Below, one piece after another: positions 26,520 through 40,544 of a stretch of DNA of 64,000 bases. The stretch comes from Octopus sinensis (Eukaryota): the NCBI RefSeq assembly GCF_006345805.1, contig NC_042998.1, positions 3,534,001 through 3,598,000 of the forward strand. The letters are read 5' to 3'. Positions within the stretch are counted from its first letter, which is position 1. Each line of letters opens with the position of its first letter. Below the pieces are notes generated by a model. That model was not told the DNA's origin and did no database searches. It worked only from the letters and a program-made list of their open reading frames with translations. Both the position numbers and the translations under genes were made by a program.

Positions 26520-28980
26520 TAAAATCGTTAGCGTCTCGGATAAAATATCGTTTTGCATTTGTTCCGGCGCTTTACGTTTGTTGTGTGTTCAAATCCCACC
26601 GAAGACTAGTTTGCCTTTCATCCCACCGGGGTCGATGAAATAAAGTGCCGGTCAAGAAGTGCGGTTGAGGGTATCGATTAACCACCACTTGCTTCGCCCC
26701 TTAAAATTTCTGGCTTTTTGCCTTAATCAGAAACAATTAAGTAGAACCGTCAGAGCGCTGAGAAAATTAATTTGCGGTATTTGTTTCGGCTCTTTACGTT
26801 CTGGGTTCCAATACTACCGAAGTCAACCTTGCCTTTCGTTGTTTTTTCGAGGGCAATAAATTAAAGAACCAATCAAGAACAGGAGTCGTTGTTAATCTTC
26901 TATTCTTCTCCCCTCAAAACTGCTGGCTTTGTGCTTAAATTAGAATTTATTTTTTTATATATTGATTTTGTTATTAATCTAACTTCTGATTCTAGTATTA
27001 ATCTTATTCTCGGAACCATTAGCGTTCGGCCTTGCAGTTTTGGTACCTGTTCTTTAGTGTTAACTTTGCCTTTTTCAGTCCTTTCGGGGTCGATAAAATA
27101 AAGTACCAATCAACAACAGGGGTCGATACAATCGATTGTTCCCCTCCTTTCCCAAACTTCTGATTTTGTGCCTATGTTAGAATCTTTTTAGGGTGGTGGG
27201 TTAGCAGAATCATTAATGCCAGACAAAATGTTTAGGGTTATTTCTTCCGGCTCTTTACTTTCTGTTTATATACCACAGTGACCAACTTTGCCTTTCATCC
27301 TTCCGGGGTCGATAACAGATACCCGTCAAGTTTTAGGGTGGATAGTATGTGTTAAGTATCTTCCCTCAAAACTTGAACCTAAATTAGAACGGTTATTATT
27401 AAACTTATTGGGTTAAGGCGGCGACCTAGCAGAATCGTTTGCATGCCGGGCAAAATACTTTGCGGCATTTCGTCCGTCTTTACGTTCTGAGTTCAAATAA
27501 ATAGCAGGCGAGCAATGGGGTCGATGTAATCGACTTGCTCCTTCCACCCCCAAATTTCAGGCCTTGTACCTATAGTGAAAAGGATTATTAAACGTATTGG
27601 CAGAATCGTTAGAATGTGATATTTGTTTATTCCGAGTCTTAACGTTCTGAGTTCAAATTCCGTCGAGGTTAACTTTGCCTTTTATCCTTTCGGGGTCATA
27701 AAATAAGTGCCATTTGAGCACTAGAGTCGATGTAATCGACTTATATCCCCTCCCGAAATTGCTGGTCTTGTGCAAAAATTTGAAATCAATATTGTTATCA
27801 TTAATTGCTCCCGGAGGAATGAAAGGTTAAGTTAACCCCACTGATGTCAAATTTTCCTTTCAATCTTTTGGAGCAGATAAAATAAAGTACCAGTGAAATA
27901 TAAAGTCGATAATATCGATTAAAACTGCTGGCCTTGTACATAAATTAGAAACAATATTATTATCATTAGTCTTATCTACTCGTAGAATCGGTTGAGCGCC
28001 GAAAGCTGCCCTGCAGTATTTAGTGACAGCCGTTTACTTTCTGAGTTGAAATGCCGCCAGGGTTTCCTTGCCTTTCAACTTTTCAGGGCCGATAAAATAA
28101 AATGTCATCAAGCACTAGAGTCGATATAATCAGCTAACTCCTCCACTCTTCAAAACTGTTGGCCTTGTGTCTTGGTAAGAAGCAATTTTTAAACTTGATA
28201 CAAAAATAGTTTGGTCGACTGACAAAATATTTTGCGGCAGTTAGTTACAAAGCTTCACATTCTGAGTTCGAATTCAGCTTGGATCAACTTTTAGCCTTCA
28301 AACGTCGATAAATAAATGATCTGTGAAATATTGAAGTTAATATAATCAACTATGCTCCTTCCTCAAATTGTGGTGCTTTGAGACTTTGTCGGGGGTAATA
28401 TAATGCAGAATTTTTAGTGCGACGAACATAATAATGTTTTGCCGAATTTAGTTGCTGCTCTTCATGTTCTGAGTTCAGAAACCACCGGCATCGACTTTTC
28501 TTACACTGTTTTTGAGAACTGGTACTTGTGGCTTTTTCCTCCTGATGTAAATTTTGCCTTTTATCCTTCCAGGGGCCGATAAGACAAAGAGCCAGTCAAT
28601 TACTAGGGGCGATAGAATCGACTTCTCGCTTCTCCTAAAATTGCTGGCCTTGAAAATATTCGTTATTATTACCACCATTAAGGCGGTGGGTTGGCACAAT
28701 TGATAACACGGCAGACAAAATGCTAAGCATCACTTCAACCGGTTCTTTACGCTCTGAGTTCAAATGCCGCCGAGGTCGACTTTACTTTTATCCTTTCGGG
28801 AATCGATGAAATAAGTGCCAGTTTACCAGGGGTTCGATGTAATTGACTTACACTCTTCCCCAAGATTCCAGGCCTTGTGCCTGTAATAGAAAGCATTATT
28901 ATTATTATGAATACTTGCCTATATTTAGTTACGGTTCTTTGCGTGGTTAGCGTTGCCTTTCATCCTTCCGGGGTCGGTTT
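26520..28980 (+). repeat. Co-oriented array of ~12 degenerate GCCTTTCATCC-core SINE copies
   Basis: Recurrent GCAGAA..GTTAG / GAGTTCAAAT / GCCTTT.ATCC / GGTCGAT / GGCCTTGTG modules, roughly every 170-250 bp and all on +. Confidence 0.75.
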
Positions 28981-29149
28981 CTTCGAGCAAGGGATTATGG
29001 CCTAGAATCTCATATCCGAATTCTTAGGGCTGTTTGCACTTTAAGGGCAGAGGAGGGTATATGCCACAACAGTGACAGTATGTCTGTGAGGCGTTGTGAC
29101 CTCCATGTATTTCAAAAACATAATCCTTTCACAATGCCTAAAATTTGGT

Positions 29150-29318
29150 GGGAGGGGGCCAGTCGATTACATCGACTCCAGTACGCAACTGGTACTTAAT
29201 CTATCGACCCCGAAAGGATGAAAGGCAAAGTTGACCTCAGCGGAATTTAAATTCAGAATGTAAAGACAGACGAAATACCACTAAGCGTTTCGCTTGTCGT
29301 GCTAACGATTCTGCCAAA
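29150..29318 (-). mobile_element. GCCTTTCATCC-core SINE copy, inverted relative to the upstream array
   Basis: CGACCCCGAAAGGATGAAAGGCAAAGT...ACGAAATACC. Confidence 0.8.
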
Positions 29319-31407
29319 GATATAATGATAGAACAATGTCACTCAAAAGTTTTGTAATTAACGGAAAATGTATGTCTTTCATCGTTCCTCACTCTAACCG
29401 AGAACAGCATATGAAGGTAGATGTTAAAAAAAAAAAGATTGTTTCAATTCTTAACGTCCTATGTTGAAGTTCTGCTAATAAAGAATTTGGATTTCATACT
29501 TTTGGGACTGATAGATGATACTAGTCATGCCTTGAAAATGATTACATCTTTTTCTATAAATTCGTGGATCTACGCTTAGGTGAAATATCGATAATTTGAT
29601 TATCTTGATTAGGGGTTGGCGAGCAGGGGTATATTTACTCTAAGTGGGGTAAAAATGAAATTCTTGGGGGTTGTGAAGACTCATTAAACATAAAATTAAA
29701 TAAAAAAAAACGTGTTCCTTGTTACGACAGAAATTTTTGTTCTGGCAACACTACATCTGTCGTGTAAATAGATTCATATAAATAGATTGAATAAAACAGA
29801 TCCAATAAACCTTTTGAATTCCAAAAATCTAGGATTTTCTTCCTTTCAAATCAAGGGGGTAACATCAGCGTAAATAAATATGTTTTGGGGCAATTGGTTA
29901 AAAAAGTTCCCCAACCCCTGATCTAGAGTCATAGAGCTCAAATCAGCTATGTTCAAGCAAGTATTTCAGCTCTTTTTTTTTTCTTTAAAAAAAATTAGTA
30001 CAATTTTGAGGGAAAAATTGTCGTTATTTCTAGCAGGCTGAGCAACCACATAGAAGCATCCTCAGTAGCAACCACGTAAAGCTACTCACGGAACTGGTTA
30101 ATCTTCGTTATGCACTTTACCTACCACCCTTTCCTTACAACTTTGATCTCTAATAGCTGCTGTTTATCTACAACCACATTACTCAATCTGTTGATCATTT
30201 TGTATGACACTAGGGTTGAGATTTTCAAATGCACCTAACTTCTATTTCTAGCAGTTCGGGTAATCACGATGATGTTCCTATCATTTATACTTAAGTAAAG
30301 TCCTTGTTAATCCTTGTTGCTGCTTTTACTGCTCTGGTATAACTATTGGTCTACTTTGATCGAGCAGGCAGTTCTATGTATGACACGTAGGTGCGATCTA
30401 CACATCCATAGGTCATCAGGTCCCATTCCCACCGACAGTTAAAGCCCCACACACTGATAGTTGAAGTCCCATATACACTGACATGCTGTGATGGGGTTTA
30501 AAGTACCGAATGAAATGCGTTAGTCTGAACATTGTTCATCTATTAAATTCTACTTTTTTCAGTACTGAAACTTTTTTTATAGGCGGTTGAGTGGGTAAGG
30601 GTTCTACTTGCGTAAAACAGACGTTTCTTTTTTTTTTTTTTTTTTTGTTTTTTTCGTAATTCAGTCTATGTAGAAATACACTAAGCACACATCCAGGAAC
30701 AAGACAGTTAATGACAAACGAAACATAATTGCAGCTATAAATCTTGTTGGCAAACATTGGCATAATTTGTATAAATGTGTGTGTGAGTGTGTTTATGGAA
30801 CAATCGATTATATCGTTTCCAGGAATTCACTGGCAAATTTTTATCGTGTCGATCCTAAAAGGCAAAGTTTAACTGCGGCGGGATATGAACTCTGAACGTA
30901 AAGAGGAGATATCACTAAATACAAATACGGCTTTTTATTCGTCATTTTAACGATTCTGCCAATCAACGGGCCGCGCTTGTTTCAAATATGTAAATATGAA
31001 CCAAAAAATGTCTGATCTGTAAAGATGATGTTGATGGACCAAAACATAACTCATAACCTCAATTAAAATAAATTCTGACATTAGCAAAGTCGTTGTCACG
31101 TCAAATAAAATGCCTTGCGATATTCGTTCTGATTCTCTACGCTCTGAGCTCAAATCGTACCAAGGTCAACTTTGTCTTTCATCCTTTCGGGGTCGATAAA
31201 GTAGTTACAATACAAACTAGGGTGATAGACAGCAGAGCTGTAAGAACATTGGACCAGATGCCTTGCAATACTTATTCCGACGCTTGAGTTCAAATCACAC
31301 TATGGCTTACGTGGGTGTTATACCGTATCTTTCAGCATACAAGTCCACGTAGTATATAATGCAAATATGTTGTATAAACATTCATTGTCATTATTTCAAT
31401 ATTGTCA

Positions 31408-31507
31408 ACATTGTCATTACCTGAAGAAGGCTGGAGGGTATATCAGCCGAAACGTTGTGTTAACAAACAAGATGAGGACAAATATCCGTCGAATGTAAAT
31501 AATGTAT
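31408..31507 (+). mobile_element. Possible Penelope-like terminal fragment
   Basis: CCTGAAGAAGGCTGGAG...CAGCCGAAACGTT resembles PLE terminal motifs; a similar ACGTTTCGAGCC..GCTCTTC lies at ~22606-22627 (-). Recognised from memory only. Confidence 0.4.
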
Positions 31508-32150
31508 TGTCATTATTTTTTCAAATTCTCCTGCTTTTCTCAAGGAATGTTTGCTCTTCCAAACTCGTCTTGGTGTATAAGTCAACCTACCTTTATTTTT
31601 TACCTGTAAATTTTGATCTGAAACATTTGACTTGTATGCCAGGAAATACGGTACTCAACCGGACATCTGGTTTAACACCACCTCTTGGTATTTTAGGACT
31701 CTAGCAGAATCTACTCAGTTGCAAATATCAAGGCCTGTTTTTTGGGGGGGATTTGATGATACATTCCTGCTTCCCCCTCTCTTTTCTCACCAATTATCGG
31801 GGCCCTATGATAGGTAATGGGCACTAACTTCCTCTTCTGACTATAGCATATTAACGAAAATATTATCTCCGACGTTTTGACATTCATTCATTCGATCTTG
31901 TTTACTTTCATGTTTCGTCTTAACTATTATTTTTCTGCATTTTCCTTCCCTCCTTTATTCTCTCTTTCTCTCTTATATATGTGTGTGCATAGGTGTATGT
32001 ATGTGTGTGACATGTACACCCCATAGATACCCAGGCACGTACGCATACATTGAAACACACACATATACATACATATGTTTGTGTATGAGTGGTTGGGTGG
32101 GTGGGTGTGTATAACTGTGTTCATACATTTGGATTTGTATGTTTGATGAT

Positions 32151-32446
32151 GGAGTCGCAATGGCCCAGTGGTTAGGACAGCGGTCGGAGAATCGCGGTTT
32201 CGATTCCTAGTCCGGGCGTTGTGTGTGTTTATTGAACGAAAACATCTAAAGCTCTACGAGGCTCCGGCAGGGGGGTGGCGACCCCTGTTGTACTCTTTCG
32301 CTGCAACTTTCTCTCACTCTTTCTTCCTGTTTCTTGAGTAATGCTGCGATGGACTGACATCCCGTCCAGCTGGGGGGGGGGGAACACATACGCCACAGAA
32401 ACCGGGAAACGGGGCCCATGAGCCTGGCTAGGCTTGAAAAGGGCGC

Positions 32447-32488
<42 letters not shown>
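32151..32488 (+). mobile_element. Body-A SINE with (TA)n tail and TSD
   Basis: TSD ATG(T/C)TTGATGATG at 32139-51 and 32489-501. Confidence 0.8.
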
Positions 32489-32492
<4 letters not shown>

Positions 32493-33130
32493 TTGATGAT
32501 GTACCTGTAAATGCAGGTCTGAGTGTGCAAGAATGCATTCATGTATGTGTGCGATACATACAAACAAACAAACTCTACTACATGCTTTGAGTACTTTTCT
32601 TTGTCGGCATGTGTGCTGCGCGCGCGTATTTGTGTGTGTGCATGCGCGCGCGTGTACATATACTCATGACATTCACTCGCGCTTTCTCTCCCTTTTTATC
32701 TCTCTGTGCAGATATATGTATGTTTGCTGAATTATTTATCCTACTGTAGATGATTGTTTCTATCCTTTCCCCCACGCTTTCCGCCCCTTAGCCTTCTTTT
32801 ACCTTTTCAGTTTTTTTTTCTTTCTTACTACACTTATATTCAATATTGTGCTTATAAACCTACGCCCTTAAAAGTACAGGATTTTTTGGAAAACAGGTTG
32901 AAGTATGAAGTGTGAGATTTTGAGCGAGGGCGCTGTGACATTTATACCTTTCTCGAAAATGTCCACGCATTCGACTGATTGGAATGAAGTTGTTTACCGA
33001 TAGAAACCAATACAACCTCTGTACCATAGCCATGCTGCCTTCTTTCTCTGCTTTTCCTCCCTCGGGTTGAATGAGCTTTGCATTCGGGTTCACTGATTTC
33101 GTGCTTCCACAACAGCTGTGGCTTCTGCTG

Positions 33131-33609
33131 TTCGGATCTTGCTGGTGATCGGATCAGGGAACACTGCCCTTCGGATCTCGCTGGTGATCGGATCAGGGAA
33201 CACTGTCCTTCGGATCTTGCTGGTGATCGGATCAGGGAACACTGTCCTTCGGATCTTGCTGGTGATCGGATCAGGGAATACTGTCCTTCGGATCTCGCTG
33301 GTGATCGGATCAGGGAACACTGTCCTTCGGATCTTGCTGGTGATCGGTCGGGGAACAGTATCCTTCGGATCTCGCTGGTGATCGGATCGGGGAACACTGT
33401 CCTTCGGATCTTGCTGGTGATCGGATCAGGGAATACTGTCCTTCGGATCTCGCTGGTGATCGGATCAGGGAACACTGTCCTTCGGATCTTGCTGGTGATC
33501 GGATCGGGGAACACTATCCTTCGGATCTCGCTGGTGATCGGATCAAGGAACACTGTCCTTCGGATCTCGCTGGTGATCGGATCAGGGAACACTGTTCTTC
33601 GGATCCCGC
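33131..33609. repeat. 39-bp minisatellite, 12 full units plus a partial
   Basis: Unit TTCGGATCT(C/T)GCTGGTGATCGGATCAGGGAACACTGTCC; unit 6 is 38 bp. A solitary partial unit lies near 33684-33707. Confidence 0.95.
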
Positions 33610-34743
33610 TACCCCCATGTCCCACTAAACGGAGACATTTAGTATTCTGATCTTGTTCCACCCGTGCTTACCAATATCAATAGTCACTGCCCTTCGGATC
33701 TTGCTAGTTCTAAGCTCCTCTATAACAGTGTTTTCTGTTTTTTGGATACTGGACAACAAAAACGACGGCAACAATAACAACAACATCACGAAGGACATAC
33801 TCCTTGGTTCTTTTATTTTGTTTTACGCAAAGTTTCGCAGCAGCCAAGTGCACCACTCTCAACACGCAAACACAAATGCATACACATACACATATACACA
33901 TAGAGACACACACGTATTAATGTGCATATATATATGCACATACATACACACACAAGCACATTAGTGCATATATATAGACACTATACACGTATGTAGATAT
34001 ACCTATGAAGGTACGCGCAAACATACATGAATGCATGCTTGCACACTCGGATCTGCATTTACAGGTACCTCACCAAGCATAGAAGTACATATGTATGAAC
34101 AGTTACACACACACACACACACACACACACATATGCGCGCACATATACACACGCACGCGTGCACACACAAATGCATGCGAGCACACACCACGCACGCGCT
34201 CACACACGCACGCACACACACACACACACACACACGCACACACGCGCACGCGCGCGCGCACACGCACACACACACACACACACACACTAGAGACTTCTGT
34301 GTTTTCCTTTGCTGTCTCGATTATTTACATAATGATAAAAGTAACACAATGAAAATGTTGACATCTTACACACACACGCACACACACGGGGACACACACA
34401 CGCGCACACACACACGAAAGTGAAGGCGTGGTGCTTAGTGGTTAGGGTGTTGTCCTCACGTTCACAAGATCGGGGTTTCGATTCGCAGTGCGGTGCATTG
34501 TGTTTTGCATTCTTGAGCAAAACACTTCATTTCACATCATTCCAAGCCTTTCTGCAGTAACCGAATAACCTTGCCACAGATTTGCTTCATCTCATTCCGT
34601 GACAATATTGTGATTTTGGTCACTTATAGACCATGGGGACCGGGCAACCAGATGCACGGGTCCTAGGACTCGTGATCACGTGACTGACCAGGCTTTCAGA
34701 TAGCTAGTCACAATGCGTTTTTGTATTGTTTTATGTATGTATG

Positions 34744-34782
<39 letters not shown>

Positions 34783-36005
34783 ATGTATGTATGTATGTAT
34801 GTATGTATGTATGTATGTATGTATGTATGTATGTATGTATATGTTCTTTAGAATTTATCTAAGTTTGTTTTTTTCTTTTTAAAATTTCCGGGTTACTAAC
34901 GAAGGCCCTTCTGTTTCATTAAAGACATGTTTTGGAGTTTTGTGGTCATCTGAACCGGTTGATATGCGTTTGTTACACGCTTGAATGCATATTTGTATTC
35001 ATGGATAACTTGTATTTGTGTGGTAGATAAGTGTTTGTATGTCATTCTTATGTATGTGTGTTCACGCATTTCATTTATATATGTGGATGTGTGCATATGC
35101 CTGGCTGAGGAAATATATGTACGTGTGTGTGTGTGTGTGTGTGTTTGTGTCATTTCATGTTTTAAAAGGCAGGAATTGTGTAATTTGAGGGAGAATAGGC
35201 AGTTATGTAGTAGGTTGAGCGGAAGCAAAAAGGTCCCTGCAGTTGCGGGGCAAAGAGATGACAGTGTACAGGTTGTGTGTTCACGTTGTTGTTGTTGTTG
35301 TTTGCACAAACTGGGATTAGATCTTTGAGAGCAAATGAATGAGCGAGAGAGAGAGAGAAAGAAAGAGGGAGAGAGAGAGAGGAGGAGGAGGAGGATAATG
35401 TAACAACATTACTTTCGCTGATTTCGTCGAATCCCTTGGACGAATATTTTGATTGGTTGATTGAATGTAATTCATTGATAGATGGATGGGTGTATCATTA
35501 GATGGATGTAGGTGAATGTATGAAAGCGGTTAAAGATAGGAGATAGGTGGTCGTTAAGCAGATCCGTCGGTGCGTAAATAATGTTGTATGATATTATCCA
35601 CGATGAATGTGTCGCTCTCTCTATCTCTCTAGTTATTCCTCATACATTCAGTTCTGCATATACACGGTACATAAATGCATTATATATATACGTACACGTA
35701 CATAACTGTACACATATTCATTTATACATACGCGCAAATGCTCACATGCATTCCAGCACAGCTTCGTAGACACATACACATGTTCACACAGTTGCATATC
35801 AGGTAAAGCACACGCATATGCCTGGTTGAGGAAATGTATGCATGTATGTATGCATACAAATATATACATATACACATGTTAGCTAATGCTAAGTTTACAC
35901 ACACACACACACACACCACACACACACAGATTCTTCTGTACATATTTCATGCTTACTTCTTCGAACACCCACTTGCGCGCATTGATACACTGGCACACAC
36001 ACACA

Positions 36006-36036
<31 letters not shown>

Positions 36037-36150
36037 CACTCTATCTCTCCATCTATCTATCTATCTCTCCATCTATCTATCTATCTCTCCATCTATCTAT
36101 CTATCTCTCCATCTATCTATCTATCTCTCCATCTATCTATCTATCTATCT

Positions 36151-36276
36151 TTTCCCGGCCCTTTTGATCTGAATTTTGCTTTTTTTTTCTCTTGTTTCAC
36201 CCTTTTTCATTTTCGAAAAGCTCTACATTTGTATTTGTCCCCTCTGTGTTCAGCCCCGTGTGGCCAATAAAGAAAG
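36151..36276 (+). mobile_element. Short 3'-end-only copy of the same Tx1-type LINE
   Basis: Aligns by eye to 21301-21426 (AAAAGCTCT.CATTTGTATTTGTCCCCTCTGT.TTCAGCCC.GTGTGGC.AATAAA..GAAAG). Preceded by ATCT repeats and followed by TTATCTCTC. Confidence 0.85.
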
Positions 36277-36534
36277 TTATCTCTCTCTCTCCCTCTCTTT
36301 CTCCTACCTGGTCTAATTTATCTCCAATATATATCGATAACATACCTTCTGTACCTTCTATCAACCACTCAAAATTTTCTCAACCTCCTCCTAAATAATC
36401 TTCCTCGGGACTTCGGGGTCACTAACATCCCCATTGGGCACACAACCAGCCACCACGCTTTACCTCATACCTGGCCGCTTTTTTTGTAACTCTGCTTTCA
36501 CTATTTCCTCTTTACACACACACACACACTGTCT

Positions 36535-36569
<35 letters not shown>

Positions 36570-38892
36570 TTATCACTCTTTCTTTTTTTCTCTCTCTCTT
36601 CCCCCACGCACACACTCTGTTTCTCTCGCTCTATCAGTCTTTCTTTCTTTCTCTCTCTCTCAGACTCACAAACACACATATATATATATATATATATATA
36701 TCTGTGTGTGTGTGTGTGTGTGTGTGTTGCTCTCCTTCCGTCTGCATAACGCTATCTCCCACTAACTCTCCTTCGTGTTTCTGTAACCCAATCCTTCAAC
36801 ATCACCGTTTCTTCATCACTCAGCTTGCTCACTCACTCACTCACTCAACAGTCAGTCACTCTCGCGCATAGGCCACCACCGCAGTTTTCCTCTCTTCGTT
36901 CTTAATGCGCGCTCTCACCTTCGCTACCCGGGCCTCACTGGTAGCTAGAGTTTCCTCTCCCTCGCCAGTCTACCCCAACTCCTCTCCCTCTAAACATACT
37001 ACTACTACTACTACTACGGCTGCTGCTACTGCTGACGATGACGATGATGATGCTTCGGCACCCCCGTATCCTGCCCTCCTATCGCTTTCTCCAGCAGGCC
37101 AACAGCAAACTCAGCAACTTACTACATTACACACTTATATAATAATTGTTTATGTCTGTCTCTCTCTGTACTCTTCATTGTCTGTCTCATTGCCCGTCTG
37201 TGTATGTGTATCTCTCTCTCTTACTCCTTCTTTTTGTCTCAGCGATTCTTCGTTGATGTTCGATGTTTGGGGACGTTGGGAAGGGTCCCGGATAGTTGCG
37301 TCTCTAGTAAGAGAGTACTGACAATGAAGATTTCAGTACAAGATACAAGATAGTGTCAAAAGGAAGGAATTATTGGTGGGTGGGTGGGTGGATGGCTGGG
37401 TATGTTGTTGGAAATATGGTAGCTGTTTCTTCTGTGTGTTTGACGGTGCTGTCTGTAACAATTGCTTGATGTCTTTGATGGAACTGTCTGAAGAAATTGT
37501 GTGCATAAATGTCAGTCTATACCATGTTAGGCGCAGGAGTGGCTGTGTGGTAAGTAGCTTGCTTACCAACCACATGGTTCTGGGTTCAGTCCTACTGCGT
37601 GGCATACAGTATGATTTCTGGGAAGCTTAACTGTTATTTCAGAAGATTGGGTGACCACATGCTAATTTTTTTAAAACTCCGAGGTCAACTGTAAATGGGC
37701 AGACATATAGTCAAAAGCATTCCAAAGCTGAACCTCTTGTCCTTCATTCAAACATTACGTATTTAGCGTGAAACTCCACCCTAACCTGCAATAGGGTACC
37801 TCAATAATCCTACTGCATAGTTTCATCCCAATGCTACCTTTCACTGCCACTACTTCCTTCAAATCACTGAAACTGAATATAGTTATAGTTGAAAAGCCTT
37901 AGATCATTGGCCTGCTTTGTCAGGGTTGACCTGGGGTTAAACAACAACACTGAACCCTCTTATCTATCGGTGTATATATATACACACATATACCATCTTA
38001 TCTCACTTTTTACTCAGCCAGATTGATACTTTTTATATCTCTGATATCAATCTCCTTGTTAGATTGATTCCGACATTGTCTCCTGATACGGACCCAGTTA
38101 GAAAAATCTTCAAGTTCACTGGTACATACATACAAACACATACAAACATACATTCATAATATATACATACAAATATACATGCATACATACAAGCATACAT
38201 TTGGTAATGTTTCGGTTGCAATTTGGAAAATGTTCAAGCAACTAAAGTTTCCGACTAACTTTCACCTTACATATCCAGTATGGAAGCGGTGTCGTAAAAT
38301 GCCCAAAACTTTCTAAAGTGCGACAGACAACACTTATCATCGTTGTTACCCAAATTCTAGCCCTGGCATATGGCGTAGGAGTTAAGAACGCGGGCTACTG
38401 ACCCCAAGATTCCGAATTCGATTCCAGGCAATGACCTGAATAATAATAATAATAATAATATAATAATAATAATAATAATAATAATGATGATGATGATTAC
38501 AACAACATCGAAAAATACATTAGGAATGAGAATCCAGGTTCGAAACAAGATGAGGACAAATATATATATATATATATATAATCTTGAGATAGATAGACAG
38601 ATAGATATATCAGACGAATTCTTGTAGACGAACAGGTGCAAGCACGGTAATACATTGACATCAGCAGCTCGGGAGGGATGGCAAAGTTCTTGGGCGCCGT
38701 TCCTCCTCCTTCTCCTCTGAATGAAAAATACAAAAGAAAACATATAATTCGTACGCACGTGCACTAGAACGCATGTGTGTGTATTTGTGTGTATGTGTGT
38801 GCATTGATTAAAAAAATACTGTTCAGAGCCCTGAGTGTGTAGGTGGATAGCTTACATAACAGCACATCTACATAGACATGCAAACACACAGG

Positions 38893-38924
<32 letters not shown>

Positions 38925-39315
38925 CGTGTGTGTATGTATGCGTGTGTGTGTGTGTGTTTACGCATACATATGCCTACCTTTACACACAACTACATCCACA
39001 TGTCCATAAACGCATGCATACAGATACGTCAACAGCTAACAATACATTCATCTCTCCCCTTAACTGAAAGAATAACGAACACGCGCTTCTCTCGCCTCCT
39101 CTCACTGTCTCCATTCTCCTTATCTCTTTCCTTTTTTCTTTCTTCCTCTGTTTGTCCCTATAATTGCCACTTTATTTGCCTCCCTTTTTTGTCTGTTGTC
39201 TTTCGGTGTCGTCTTAAGGCACGGTCATACCGAGCTGTTGCTCAGACGACTCCCAGGTCAAGGAACTCAATTCTGTTCAGTGAGTGTCATGTCTTGTTAT
39301 CAGTAAATAAATTGT

Positions 39316-40050
39316 GAAAGCGTGTGGCTTAGTGGTTAGGGAATTCTGCTCACGGTCGAGAGTTCAATTCTCGGTGACGCGTTGTGTCCTTGAGCAAGAC
39401 ACTTCATTTCACGTTGCTCCAGTCCACTCAGCTGGCAAAAATGCGTAGTATCTGTATTCCGAAGAGCCAGCCTTGTCACACTCTGTGTCACGGTGAATCT
39501 CGCTGAGAACCACGTTAAGGGTGCACGTGCCTGTGGAGTGTTCAGAAACTTGCGCGTTATTTCACGAGGAAGCTGTTCCGTTGATCGTATCAGCTGGGAC
39601 CCAGGGCGGCGAGTTGGCAGAACCGTTGGTACGCCGGGCGAAATGCTTAGCGGTATTTCGTCTGCCGTTACGTTCTGAGTACAAATTCCGCCGAGGTCGA
39701 CTTTGCCTTTCATTCTTTCGGGGGCGATAAATTAAGCACCAGTTACGCACTGGGGTCGATGTTATCGACTTAATCCGTTTGTCTGTCCTTGTTTGTCCAC
39801 TCTGTGTGTAGCCCCTTGTAGGCAGTAAAGAAATAGGTATTTCGTTTGCCGCTACGTTCTGAGTTCAAATTCCACTGAGGTCGACTTTGCCTTTCATCCT
39901 TTCGGGGTCAATTAAATAAGTACCAGTTACGCACTGAGGTTGATGTAATCAACTGGCCCCACCTCCCCCAAAATTTCGGGTCATGTGCCTTGAATAAATA
40001 GTATCAGCTGCGACCTTCGTTGTCGTAACCGACGGAATGCTCCTTTTGGG
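39316..40050 (+). mobile_element. tRNA-head CORE SINE with body B, split by the 39603-40000 insertion
   Basis: GTGGCTTAGTGGTTAGGG head and GTCCTTGAGCAAGACACT core. The body resumes after the TSD. Confidence 0.75.
39603..40000 (+). mobile_element. Dimeric composite SINE nested in another SINE
   Basis: TSD GTATCAGCTG(G/C)GACC(C/T) at 39587-602 and 40001-16. Confidence 0.85.
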
Positions 40051-40151
40051 CTCAGAGCATTGATTTACCTGCGGGAGGTGGCTATAATGCTACTGAGATG
40101 GCCTTGTTGCCTTTAACTTTCTGACTAAGTATCTGTAACTAGCGATATACT

Positions 40152-40544
40152 GGAGTGGCTGTGTGGTAAGTAGCTTGTTTACCAACCACATGGTTCCGGG
40201 TTCAGTCACACAACGTGGCACCTTGGGCAAGTGTCTTCTACTATAGCCTCGGGCCGACCAAAGCCTTGTGAGTGGATTTGGTAGACGGAAACTGAAAAGA
40301 AGTCCGTCCTATATATGTGTATATATATATGCGTGTGTGTGTTTGTGTTTGTCCCCCTAGCATTGCTTGACAACCGATGCTGGTGTGTTTATGTCCCCGT
40401 TACTTAGCGGTTCGGCAAAAGAGACCGATAGAATAAGTACTGGGCTTACAAAAAGAATAAGTCCCGGGGTCGACTTGCTGGATTAAAGGCGGTGCTCCAG
40501 CATGACCGCAGTCAAATGACTGAAACAAGTAAAAGAGTAAAGAG
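40152..40544 (+). mobile_element. GTGGCTGTGTGGTAAG-family SINE, near full length
   Basis: All modules present, including the GTAAAAGAGTAAAGAG tail. Confidence 0.82.

Noticed and set aside
33131-33609. Regular repeat resembling a CRISPR array
   Set aside because: Head-to-tail units without unique spacers, eukaryotic context and no cas genes.
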